Assembly: GCA_965112735.1 (NCBI GenBank)
Contig: OZ218954.1
Coordinates: 3,720,001 to 3,784,000 of the forward strand
Direction of reading: 5' to 3'
From: Phaeosaccion multiseriatum
Taxonomy: Eukaryota; Protista; Ochrophyta, other classes
DNA length: 64,000 nt
Part shown: positions 24,973 through 37,277 of the stretch, one piece after another
How the letters are laid out: each line of letters starts with the position of its first letter
Numbering within the stretch: position 1 is the stretch's first letter
Program-made: the position numbers and the translations under genes
The notes under the pieces: model-generated
The model's database searches: none
Told to the model about the DNA's origin: nothing
What the model saw: the letters and a program-made list of their open reading frames with translations, nothing else

Positions 24973-27900
24973 ATGAATAGCGCTCGACAGAAGGTGATGA
25001 ACAAGATGCCCAAGGGCGGGCCCATCAACTCCGTCCTGAACGCCATCCTCGCGACGGGAGTGCTGGGCTGGGCGGGGTACAACTCGCTCTTCACGGTGGA
25101 GGGAGGACACAGGGCGGTGGTCTTCAGCAGACTTACCGGCCTCAAGGAGGAAGTGTACTCAGAGGGTAAGTGGATTGGAGGGATGGCCCTTCCTGTAAGG
25201 TATGAGTGGAGGGAAGGAGGAGGACAAGCGAAGGCGGTTCGCAGGGAGTGAAGGCGTACTTCTAAGGAAGGGGCTATACCTTAGCCTCGTTCGTAGCTGC
25301 GGGCCGTGCCATCCGTCATATTGATGGCGTGGGATAGGCCCCGCTCTTCCCCCTTGATTAGATGGATGGGGTTCGGAGGCTGCCCCTCTCGACCCCCTTG
25401 ATTATTCATCGCAGCCCCCCCCTCATGCACCCAATTTCCTAGCCAACGCGACTGCCCTACCCTGTCATGCCCACACACCTCCGCCCTGTCCATCCACTGC
25501 CACCCCCCACCCCCTACAGGTATGCACTTCGTGATTCCGTGGTTCGAGTGGCCCACCATCTACGACGTGCGCACCCGCCCCCGCAATATCCAGTCCCTCA
25601 CGGGCAGCAAGGATCTGCAGATGGTTAACATCACCCTCAGAGTGCTCAGCAAGCCAGACCCGGCCAAGCTGGTGAGTGAGTGAGTGAGTGAGTGAGTGAG
25701 TGAGTGGGGCAGTAAAGGGGTGGGGGCAAGTGCTGGTATTGATGATCACCTTGCGAATGCACAGCAGCCCGGAGCGCGGCCAAGCTGTTGAGTGCTGTGG
25801 TGTTCTGAGCGTTGAAAGGCTTGAGGGAGTATCTTTGATTAGTGGGCAGACAAGGGGTTATTGAGGCAGAGAGTGAGTGAAGGTGAGAGAGTGAGTGAAG
25901 GAGTGAGAGAGTGAGTCAGCGAGTGAGTGAGAGTGTGAGTTATTGAGGCAGAGAGTGAATGAAGGAGTGAGAGAGTGAGTCAGAGAGTGAGTGAAGGAGT
26001 GGGAGAGTGAGTGAAGGAGTGAGAGAGTGAGTGAAGGAGTGAGAGAGTGAGTGAAGGAGTGAGAGAGTGAGTGAAGGAGTCAGAGAGTGAGTGAAGGAGT
26101 GAGAGAGTGAGTGAGAGAGTGAGTGAAGGAGTGAGGTTGCGAGTGTCGTCCTCTTACGTGCTTTGAACCTGCTCCTTGCCCCCCCTCCCTTCCCCCTCTC
26201 GGGGTCCCTCCACTATCCGAACACCCTGTAACTGTAACACGGTGTAACTGTAACACAGCCTTTCATCTACCGCCGCTTGGGCATGGACTACGACGAGCGC
26301 GTGCTGCCCTCCATCGTCAACGAGGTGAGGGGTGAGGGATGATGTGTACGTGTTGGTAGTACGGCAATACGTTCGCACCCCCCCCTCATTCATAGTAGCG
26401 GGAGTGATGATGGGGCGACAAGCCTTACCCTTACCCTACCCTTGTCCTTTTGTTCCCAGTGTCTGCCAAGCGCTTTCATCCAGCCCCCCCCCCGCCCCTC
26501 GATGACTGACCCCCCTCCCTGCTTCCTCTCTCTGTGTCTCTGTCTCTCCCCTCCTACGGTGTGGTGTGCGATCCTGGGTTGTTTTAGGTCACCAAGTCTG
26601 TGGTGGCGAAGTACAACGCCTCGGAGCTGCTGACCATGCGTGAGCAGGTAAGAAGGAGGGGTGGAGAGAGGAGAGAGAGAGGGGGGGGGGCGAGAGAAAG
26701 AGAGAGAGGGAGAGGAGCTGCTGACCATGCATGAGCTCGCCAGCATGCATACATGCGTATGTGTGTTCCCCACTGACGAAAGGATACGCCCCTGCCACAC
26801 AAAATTGTGTGCACAGTCACTCACCCCCTCTCTGCCTGCCTGTCTGTTTGCCCAAATGACTGACTGACTGATTGATTGATTGATTGATTGATTGACAGGT
26901 ATCCAAGGCTGTGCGCGACCAGCTGACTGCCCGTGCAGACGACTTCGGCCTCATGCTTGACGACGTGGCCATCACGCACCTCAGCTTCAGTCAGGAGTAC
27001 ACCGCCGGTAAGAAAAGTAACGGTCACAAAAGTAACGGTCACGAGTAGTCAGTGTGTGGCAGGAGTACGCAAACGTAGGTAGTCGATGTGTGGTCTGTCT
27101 TGCTTCGACGGCCCACATGCCCATGCCCATAGCACCCTAGTCGTCGCTAACCGCTCTTACCCTCTCGCTTCCCATCCGCTGCCATCCCCCTACTATGCTA
27201 CGATGCACAGCGGTGGAGTCGAAGCAGGTGGCGCAACAGGAGAGCGAGCAGGCCAAGTACATGGTACAGAAGGCCATCCAGGTTAGGCGCTCACTGACTT
27301 ACTGGACTTACACTCAACAAGTGACTGACCCATACTCCTCCCTTTCAATTACTTACACTTACTCCCCCCTACTTAGTTAGGAGGCGATTCGACAATGAAT
27401 AGACTTTGCCACACTCACACTCCTTCCGCCCTCCCTTTCATTGGCTTGCGGCTCTCAGGAGAAGAAGAGCACTATCATCAAGGCCACGGGAGAGGCACAG
27501 TCCGCGACCCTCATCGGATGCTCCATCCAGAACAACCCAGGTGGATGGCAGTGGAGGGTAGTGGAGGGTCACGGTATGGTAGGGTAGTGAGTCACGGTTG
27601 AGTTAGCGGGTCAGTCGCGTCAAGTGTGTGTGTGTATCGTATCTCTCTCTCTCCACGCGGTCTGTCCCTCGTGGACTCATCTGAAGCATCGCCTCATCGC
27701 TGAGCTTGACTTTTCTCTCTTCGTCTCCATTCAGCTCGATCGTTGAACTGTCCCTCTAGGCCTAACCCCCCCCCTGCCCTCCCCCCTCTGTCCGTGTAAC
27801 CGTCTGTAACCGTCCGTGTGTGTGCGCGTCTGCGCAGCTTTCTTACAGCTGAGGCGCATCAACGCCGCCAAAGACATCGCCAATGTGGTACGTCTACATG

Positions 27901-28276
27901 TTCCATGTTCCTTCCTTCCCTCCTTCCTTACCCCGCTCGCTCTCTGCCTTTGAGCCAGCTCCACAACAGCTCCTCTGCCCATGCATGCTCTGCCGAAGCT
28001 GCTCTCTCTTCCAAATGATTCGCTATTTGTTTTACTCACAGCCCCTGCCCCTCTCCTCTTCCTCTCTTGCCCATCCATCCACTGCCATCCCATCCTTAGC
28101 TGGTAATGAGTCAGAACAAGCTGTATCTGTCTGCAGACGCGCTGCTGCTCAACATCATGGATCCCAACACGGCAGCTAACTACAAGAGCGTCATGGCCAA
28201 TGTGCAGGGGGGGGGAGGGGGAGGAGGGGGGGGGGGCGGCGAGGCGGCCAAGAACTCGCTCCAGAAGCTGCTCTAG
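24973..28276 (+). CDS. PHB2: Prohibitin-2 (SPFH domain); 9 exons
   Basis: Motifs [97 protein letters not shown] and [14 protein letters not shown] at 28274-28276. Confidence 0.93.
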
Positions 28277-30454
28277 TAAGTCAGTAAGCGCAGGGTTAGA
28301 TAGGGTTGGCCCCAAGAGAGGGGATGGCAGCGGATGGGGGGGGGCGGGCGATGGGAGGGGAGAGGAGATGGGAAGGTGTAACGCCTGAGGTGCAGGGGAA
28401 GAGGAGAGAAGGGGTGCCCTGGCAGAGAGAGGAGCAGCAGTACAAGCAGCAGGGTAGCCGCAAGCAGTTCGTGTTACAGGAGCGAAAGAAACGGAGGTGG
28501 TGTGGGGTCGGGTGCGTACACGAAACGAAAAGGGGCGGACCAAAGGGCGAGCGCTTGGGCATGCAGTGCGGATGTTTCAAGCCGGGAGGGTGTCGGTCAA
28601 TGAGTCAGTCAGTCGGACGGACGGACGGACGGACGCGCGCCCTTGACCCTCTGCCCTCCGCCCCTCCGCCGCTGGCAGGGCAATGTCAGAAGGTCCTCCA
28701 GATTGGGCGGGGCAGCAGTTGGTGATACTAGACAGGAGGAGGGGGGGGGAGGAGGGGGAGAGAGGAGGAGGAAGAGGAGGGTGGGAGCGGCTCAGGAGAC
28801 CCCCTTCTCTCTCTTTGGCCGATTGGGCGGCCTCCTCCTTGCCCCTGTGTATAACAAGAGTGAAGAGTGGCGAGAGGAGGATTGGCCATCGAGTGCCATC
28901 TTAGCGGAGAGGCGATCGAGAGGCAGAGAACTGCACGCGGTCGTAAGTCAGGCGCAGTACACAAGTGTAGAGCGGCCCGGAACTCCGAAATTCAAATTCT
29001 ATTAATTAGAATTAAAATGAAAAAGAGGAAGAAAGGTTCAGGGCATACTCCCCTCCAGCGTCAGCACCCTTCGACTTACCAAAGGTGGGGCCATTGCGAG
29101 CATCAGATCAGGTCCATTGCGGCCATCAGATGAGGTCCAGATTGAAGGTCAGGTAAGTCCGCGATGAGAGGAGGCGCTCTTGTGCGTCAGATATCCCTCA
29201 TCCCTCTCCCACCAGGGATATTACGTAATAACATCCCTCATCCCTCTCCCACCAGTCTTATTCCAGATTAACTCAATTTCATGACTTCATTTCAGAGTAC
29301 ACGCGAGACGAGAAAACCCGACTCTGACACGGGGAGCAATCGGATTGTGCCGCGGAGTCGCCGCCGACACGTACTCTAGAGCCTCGAGGTAGGCGCTGTG
29401 ATTGATGCGAGGCAGCTTCGGCGTGCCTGACCAGATTCTGTATCAGGCACGGAAAAGCTTCCTATTATCAACCACAGCCCCTACCTTGAGGCTCTAGACG
29501 AGTCTGTCGGCCGCGGAGTTCATTCTACCAAAGTACAACTCGGACTCTAAGGCTGTGCACTCACGTCGTTCTGTTCATTCTGTATCACGCACGGAGGAGC
29601 TGCCTCGTATCAATAACAGCGTCTACATTGAGGCTCTGGAGGAGTACGTGTCGTCAGCACGAGAGCATGCCTTCTTCCATACCAGCCCACCCACGCCACG
29701 ACTCAGGCCCTTCCACGCTTTGAGGGGGGCTCCTCATCAGCTTCGTGTCGACCCATCGTGTACAGCAGAGAAGACGGCACGCCACGCCACGAGTTGGACT
29801 CGGACAGAGGATGCTGTCACACGCGAGGCTTTCCGCTCCAGACCCTGCACGCCGCACGGTCTGAAGAAACAAAGGAGCACAACACGGGCATGTGACACAG
29901 GGTGTGCGGGCAGGTCAGGCCGGCACAGCATGGGAATTCAAGGCCGACATACAGGAAGAAAGCGCGGCAGAGACACCGAGCACATACAATGAGATGAGAG
30001 CCCAGATGGAGACGGACTGAAGGAGAGAGAGAGAAGAGGACAGACAGCAACAAGGGGAGAGAAATACCACACTCCCATCACCGACACCACCTATCCCAAA
30101 AGACGGTCAAACAAGCATTCAGACGGCGTGGGCAGATACAAAGTGCGGATTCAAGGCAGACAGGAACAGAGAGAGACGAAGACAGATACACACTCAGGGA
30201 GGAATACATAGACATCTCACCTACAAAACCCCCCAGCCAGGATTACGGCCACCACAATGCTGCTCTTACCATATCCGGCGGTGGCGTTGTAAATCGGCGG
30301 GCCGTCCTCCACCGCAGCGCTGAGGAGCAGCCATTGGGGAAGAACTTCGAAGTACGCATGTACCTGCCAAAACCCCAACCAGCATTTCTACCACCACAAT
30401 GCTGCTCTAACCCAGCTTCATGGTCGGAGATAGATTGACCCGCCGATGCACAAC

Positions 30455-30675
30455 TCCTTCCCTTTTCCCCGCTTCATGGTTCTGCTCAGCGCTTCTGATA
30501 AGGTGGAGAGTGAACCCCCAATGCCTAAACGCAACGCCACCGCCGGATGGCTGCCGATACACAACGCAATCAGCATCGGCAGCCATCCGGCGGTGGCCTT
30601 GCGCATCGGCGGGTCACTCTCCACCGCAGCGGAAGCGCTGAGCAGGAGACCAAGAAGGGGGAAGAGCGAGAAGGG
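30455..30675. other. Long imperfect inverted repeat/hairpin upstream of beta-adaptin
   Basis: Arms 30531-30558 and 30575-30602 pair at 27/28 positions around a 16-nt loop. Outer blocks also pair: 30502-30513 with 30614-30625, and 30482-30495 with 30632-30645. Confidence 0.85.
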
Positions 30676-30832
30676 CAGTGAATAAAGCGAAATCTGCCAG
30701 CCTGTGAGTTTGCGTAAGGTTACGTGCGGTTCTTCCTTCGTCTGCTGTTGGGCAGTCTCCGAAAAAAGCGAAAGCAGTGGTGTTGTCAAAGAGCTTTGCA
30801 GGATTTCGCTCGCAGGTACAGCAGAAGCAGCA

Positions 30833-30879
<47 letters not shown>

Positions 30880-30927
30880 GGAAGAGGGAGGGAAGGGGAG
30901 GAAGAGGAAGGCAAGAGCTTGTGACCC

Positions 30928-31424
30928 ATGTCGAAGGGAAGGGCGGGTGATGCCAAGTACTTCGGAGGAGGCTCGAAGAAAGGTGCGTGTGTGTTGTGCC
31001 GAGCGTCGGATGCCCTGGCAGCGCTCAGCACCGAGGGGATTGGCTTGGTGAAGCATCCATCGAGAGGGAAGGGAGAGAACAAAGGTCGGGGGTTGAGGTG
31101 CGGCGGCGTGAGCTGCTGATGGAGTGGGATGTGCTGCTCGTCTTCGTCTGGAAAGAAAGTGTGGGAGGTGGATGTCTAGCCGAGCGAGGAAGTGGGACGG
31201 CATACATCTGCAGAGAGGGGAGAAGGGTTGCTTTACCAGGGGGAGAAGACCCTTCTATTACGAGGACCAACAGCCGTGCAGTATACAGCTGATCCCTCCT
31301 GCGCCCCACACGGCTGCTGTATTTTTCTGTCGCCGCTGCCGCTGCTGCTACTGCTGCTGTTGCTACTGGTGGCCGGAGTGAAAGCCGGTAGCCACTGGAG
31401 AATGACTGAAGTGAAAGTGCGGAG

Positions 31425-31461
<37 letters not shown>

Positions 31462-31583
31462 GACAAAGGAAGAGAAACAGAGGACACAGGAAGAGAAGGC
31501 ACAGAGAGAGAGACAGGAAGAGAGGCGGAGGGAGAGGACAGAGGTTTCTGAGAGAGGGAAGATGGGAGAGAGGAGAGAGAGAA

Positions 31584-31633
<50 letters not shown>

Positions 31634-32094
31634 AAGAGAGAGAGGGGCCGGGGGGGTAAAGGCCAAGGAGCAGAGGACAGAGAACAGAGGAACTAGGGAG
31701 AGGAAAGAGGGCAGATGAGCGAGACCCCGAACGTGGCGATGTTTGGCTCTAGTGAAGAGTGAAGTGGCGGCCTCTCCCGCCTCCTTCTGACCAGTCGGTC
31801 TGTGTGTCTATCTGTCTGTCTATCTGACCAGTCGGCCTGTATGTTTATCTGTCTATCTATCTGACCAGTCGGCCTGTATGTCTATCTGTCTATCTATCTG
31901 ACCAGTCGGCCTGTATGTCTATATGTCTATCAGTCGGCCTGTATGTCTATCTGTCTATCTGACCAGTCGGCCTGTATGTCTATCTGTCTATCCATCTGAC
32001 CAGTCGCCCTGTATGTCTATCTGTCTATCTATCCGTCTATCTTTCCGTCTCTGTGTTGCGTGTGTACATGCGTGTCTGCCTGTCTCTGTGTGTA

Positions 32095-32150
<56 letters not shown>

Positions 32151-35100
32151 CAGGCGAGCAGCATGAGCTGCGGCTGGAGCTTCAGTCCCCCAACAGGGAG
32201 AAGAAGAAGGACGCTGTCAAGAAGGTAAGGGAGTGAGTGAGTGAGTGAGTGAGTGAGTGAGTGAGTGAGTGAGTGAGTGAGTGAGTGAGCAGCACAGTGA
32301 GTGAGCTGTCCTGTCCATGGGGAGAGAGGGAGAGGGACGAGGGGGCTTGGTACCTACCCGTTTCTCCTGCCGAATACTTTGACTGGCGGACCTGCACCTG
32401 CACCATCACTCTTGCTGACTAACTTCTTCTTCTATTACTGTACTGTAACTGCGACTATGACAGGTGATCGCCAACATGACTGTGGGCAAGAGTATGGACA
32501 TGCTCTTTACGGACGTCATCAATTGCATACAAGTGAGTATGGATGCCCCCCACCTCCCACCGCCGCCCCTGCCCCATGCAACGCCCTCAATCCTCTGCCA
32601 TCCGCTGCCATCCACTGCCATCTGCAGACGGACAACATCGAGCTGAAGAAGCTTGTGTACCTGTACCTTATCAACTACGCCAAGAGTCAGCCCGAGCAGA
32701 CGCTGCTTGTAGTCAACACATTCGTCAAGGACACCGCAGACCCGAACCCCCTCATACGGTGAGTGAGCAAGTCAGTGAATGAAATAAGTCAAGGGGAGGA
32801 CTGAAGGAGTTAAATGAGAGGAGGAAGAGAGGGGGAGGGAGGGGAGGGAAGGAGGGGAGGGAAGGAGTGAGGTAGTGAGTAAGTCAATGACAGGAGTGAG
32901 GTAGTGAGTAAGTCAATGACAGGAGTGAGGTCGTGAGTAAGTGGGACAGGTGCTGAGTCGCTGAGGAGGAGCGTGGGCCTTCGGGCCTTGGTGTGCCTAT
33001 CATGAGCTTTAGTGCAGTCACCTCACTCTTCGCTGTGTGTGTGTTGCATGTGACAGGGCCCTTGCTGTGCGGACCATGGGATGCATCCGCGTAGAGAAGA
33101 TCACGGTGAGTAAGCAGGCATACGGAGTAGGCAGGCATACGGGTTTGCAGGCATACAGGCATACGGGCATACGGGCACACAGGCATACAGGCATACGGGT
33201 TTGCAGGCATTTGGAATATTGAGGCTGAGCAGGAGCGATCGAGCACGAGCACAAGCACAAGCACAAGCACCAGCACAAGCACGAGCACAAGCACAAGCAC
33301 CAGCACAAGCACGAGCACAAGCACAAGCACAAGCACCAGTAGAGCAGCACCAGTAGAGCAGCACCAGTAGAGCAGCACCAGTAGAGCAGCACCAGTAGAG
33401 CAGCACCAGTAGAGCAGCACCACCCACCCGTCCGCTGCCGTCCTCCTGCCTTCTTCCTCGCCAACTGACGCTCTGCCTCCTGGCCGGACCCCTTAATCCC
33501 GCCCTACCCCTCCCCTTCCCCCCTCCCCCCCTCTCTCTCCCCCTCCCCCCTCCCTCCCCCTCTCTATGCCCAACACGTGAAGGAGTACCTCTGTGAGCCG
33601 CTCCGCAAAGCCCTTCGCGACGAGGACCCCTACGTACGCAAGACAGCGGTAAGTCAGTGAAGGAATACGTCAGTTAAGGAGTAGATCAAGAGTAGTCAAT
33701 TCATCCGCCAGTGACTTATGAGGGAGTTAACCTTCCTTTCCTGGCCTTACCTTACGTAATCCTATGTAACCGTACACATCACACCAGGCGGTGTGCGTGG
33801 CCAAGCTCTACGACGTGGCGCCTCAGCTCGTGGAGGACCAGGGCTTCCTGCAGGTATGGATGGCACTGGATGGTGTGGTGTGTGTGTGTGTGTGTGCGTG
33901 CGTGCGTGTGAGGACAAAGGCTTCCTGCAGGTATGGGTACAACCAACTGCGGGACATGCCGCCCCCCTCCCCCTCTGACGTCACCCCCCTGCCCCCTTCC
34001 CTCTGCTACCATCTGCAGGTGCTGCGGGACCTCATCTGCGACCCCAACCCAACGGTAAGTAAGGGCACGTACACGCACACGCAGACATATACGCGCATAC
34101 AAACACTTACTCACACACTCCCACTCACACTCGTAGTCACACATACACTCACTCACTCACTCACTCACTCACTCACTCACTCACTCACTCACACTCGTAC
34201 TCACACACACGCACACACACTCCCTTCCACACGCATACGACCCATACACACCCACCCACCCACCCATCCACACACACACACACGCACACACACACACGCA
34301 CACACACATGCCGCACTCCCTGCTGCATGATGTTATGATGCTCAAGGTGGTGGCGAATTCTGTGGCTGCCCTGAGCGACATTACGGACAGCGGAGGCGTG
34401 GACGTGATGCACATCTCCTCCTCAGTGCTGCAGAAGCTCCTCGCCGCCCTCAACGAGTGCACCGAGTGGGGGCAGGTGAGGGAGGAAGAGGAGTGTTGTG
34501 TGCGTTTCGGGGAGTTGTGCCTTGCCCATCCACTGCCTTCCCTCACACATCCACTGCCATCCCCTCTCCCTGTGATGTGACCAGGTGTACATTCTAGACT
34601 CGCTGTCCGCCTACACCCCTTCCTCCGAGAAGGAGGCGGAGGGCATTATCGAGCGCGTCTGCCCCCGCCTGCAGGTCCGTTTACGTGTTTGCAACAATGT
34701 GTTGTTGACATTCATTCATTACATCCGTAGCGGAGAGGATCTGTCCCCCCCCTGTAGGTGCATTAACGAGGTTCACATTCCTATGCTTTTAACGGTACTG
34801 TTAACGGTTGATTGCGTGCCATTGCGCTGACGCCCCCATCCAATGGCACCCCCCCCCTAACCCTAACCCTGCCCATATGCTTGCACTTGCCTCACAGCAC
34901 GCCAACAGCGCGGTGGTGCTCTCTGCAGTGAAGGTGATTCTCATCTATCTAGAGTTCTTGGAGGGTGAGTCCAGGGGGGGGGGGATGGCAGTGGAAGGGA
35001 AGGAAGGAGGGAGGGAGAAAGGAGGAGAAGAGAAGGGAAGGCGTTGATGCGAAGGTGTTGAGAGAGTAGAGAGAGTGGCTCCGCTCCCTCTGTCTCCTTG

Positions 35101-37239
35101 TCTCTCCATCTGTACCTTTCTCCCATCGTCTCTCGCTTCCTCCTCCCCTCTCCCTAACCCCACTCCCTCCCTCTCTCCCTCCCTCCCCTCCTTTCCTCCC
35201 TCCCTCCCTCCCTCCCTCCCTCCCTCTCTCTCTCTCTCTACCCCAACCCAGGCACGGAGGCTGTCCGCACCTACAGCCGCAAGCTCGCTCCCCCCATGGT
35301 CACTCTTCTCAACAGGTGGGCTCTATTCACTGCCTTATGACTGCGCTATTCACTGCCTTATGACTGCTCCAATCACTGCCTTATGATTACAGCGAGCCGG
35401 AGATGCAGTACGTGGCTTTACGTAACATCAACCTCATCGTGCAGAAGCGCCCCAAGATCCTCGAGCACGAGATCAAGGTACCGTAAGGCAATGAAAGGAT
35501 GGCGCTGGAAGGATGGCACCTGAAGGATGGCACTGGATGGAGGGGGTGGCAGCAGTAGGTGGGGGGGTGAGTAGTTGGCCTTTAGCCCTCCCCACACCGC
35601 ACACCCCACAAGTTGGTGATACACCCAACACCCCACACCGCACATTCGACACACCGCTTTTGCTCTCAGGCCTCAGTCGTTAGCCCTGCCTTGTGCCCTG
35701 CCATCATCCACCGCTAACCCCTTGACTTGCCCCATATACCCATATATCTACCGACCGTGACCCCGTTACCCCGTCACCCCATTCCATGAAGGTGTTCTTC
35801 TGCAAGTACAACGACCCCATCTACGTGAAGATGGAGAAGCTCGAGACCATCATCCGCCTCGTCAGCGACAGGAACATCGACCAGGTTAGAGGAATATCGA
35901 CCAGCTTCGAGGCTTACAGGCTTAGAGGCTGCTTCTGCGGGCGTAGCATTCACCTCTGACCGCCCCACCCCGTCGCTCCGTCCCTCCCTGCCCCTCACAT
36001 TGCCGGTCCTCCACTGCCTGTCTCACCATCTGTGACTCCCCGCTGGTGCATGACTGTTTGACCAACACGCCCACTTGTGGCTCACAGGTGCTGCTGGAGC
36101 TGAAGGAGTACGCGCAGGAGGTGGATGTGGAGTTCGTGCGCAAGGCCGTGAGGGCCATCGGCCGCTGCGCCATCAAGCTTGAGAAGGCCGCTGAGAGGTG
36201 AGCGAGATAGAGGCACACAGGCATACATGCATACAGGCATACAGGCATACAGGCAAACAGGCATACAGGCATACAGGCATACAGGCATACGGACATACGG
36301 GCATACAGGCATACGGGCATACGGGCATACAGGCATACATGCATACAGGCATACAGGCATACAGGCAGACGGGCATATGGGCATACAGGCATACGGGTTT
36401 GCAGGCATACGGGCATACAGGCATACATGCATACAGGCATACAGGCACATACAGGCATACAGGCATACGGGCATATGGGCATACAGGCATACGGGCATAC
36501 GGGCATAGAGGCAGGCCTATTCGAAGCGGTCGCAGCACAGCGCACTGAATGTCGATATGCCTCCATCTACAAAATGTCGATATGCCTCCATCTACACAAA
36601 TGTCGGTATGCCTCTATCTTCTAAGTGTCCATGTGCCTCTATCTGCCCCCTCCCCCCTCAGGTGCATCAACGTGCTGCTGGAGCTCATCGAGAACCACAA
36701 GGTGAGTCAGTGAGTCAGTGAGTCAGGACAACAAGGCAGTGAATAAGGACACTAAGTCAGTGAATCAGGACACAAAGGCAGTGAATCAGGACAACAACTG
36801 AAGGTAGTGAGAGGAGGATGACTCACCCCCGCCCTCCCCTTCTCTCTGTAGGTGGAGTACGTGCTGCAGGAGGCCGTGATCGTCATCAAGGACATCTTCC
36901 GCAAGTACCCTAACCGTTACGAGAGCGTCATAGCGGTGAGTCTCTGGCAGTCAGCACCTTCCTTCCAGGTGTCTGTTTCACTCCCTAACCTCCATGGATC
37001 TCCCATTGACTTCCGTTGACTTCCGTTAACGCTGCCAGGTGCTGTGCGACAACTTGGACGTTCTTGACGAGCCCGAGGCGAAGGCTAGCATCATATGGAT
37101 CATCGGGGAGTACGCAGGTGGGTTAGTAAGGCAATGAATCACAGGGGGTGGGGGTAAATTGTCATACGCAGGTATGGCAGTGGCTGTGAGTGAGTGTGTG
37201 AGTGAGTGTGAGTGTGAGTGTGTGTGTGTGTGTGTGAGG

Positions 37240-37277
<38 letters not shown>

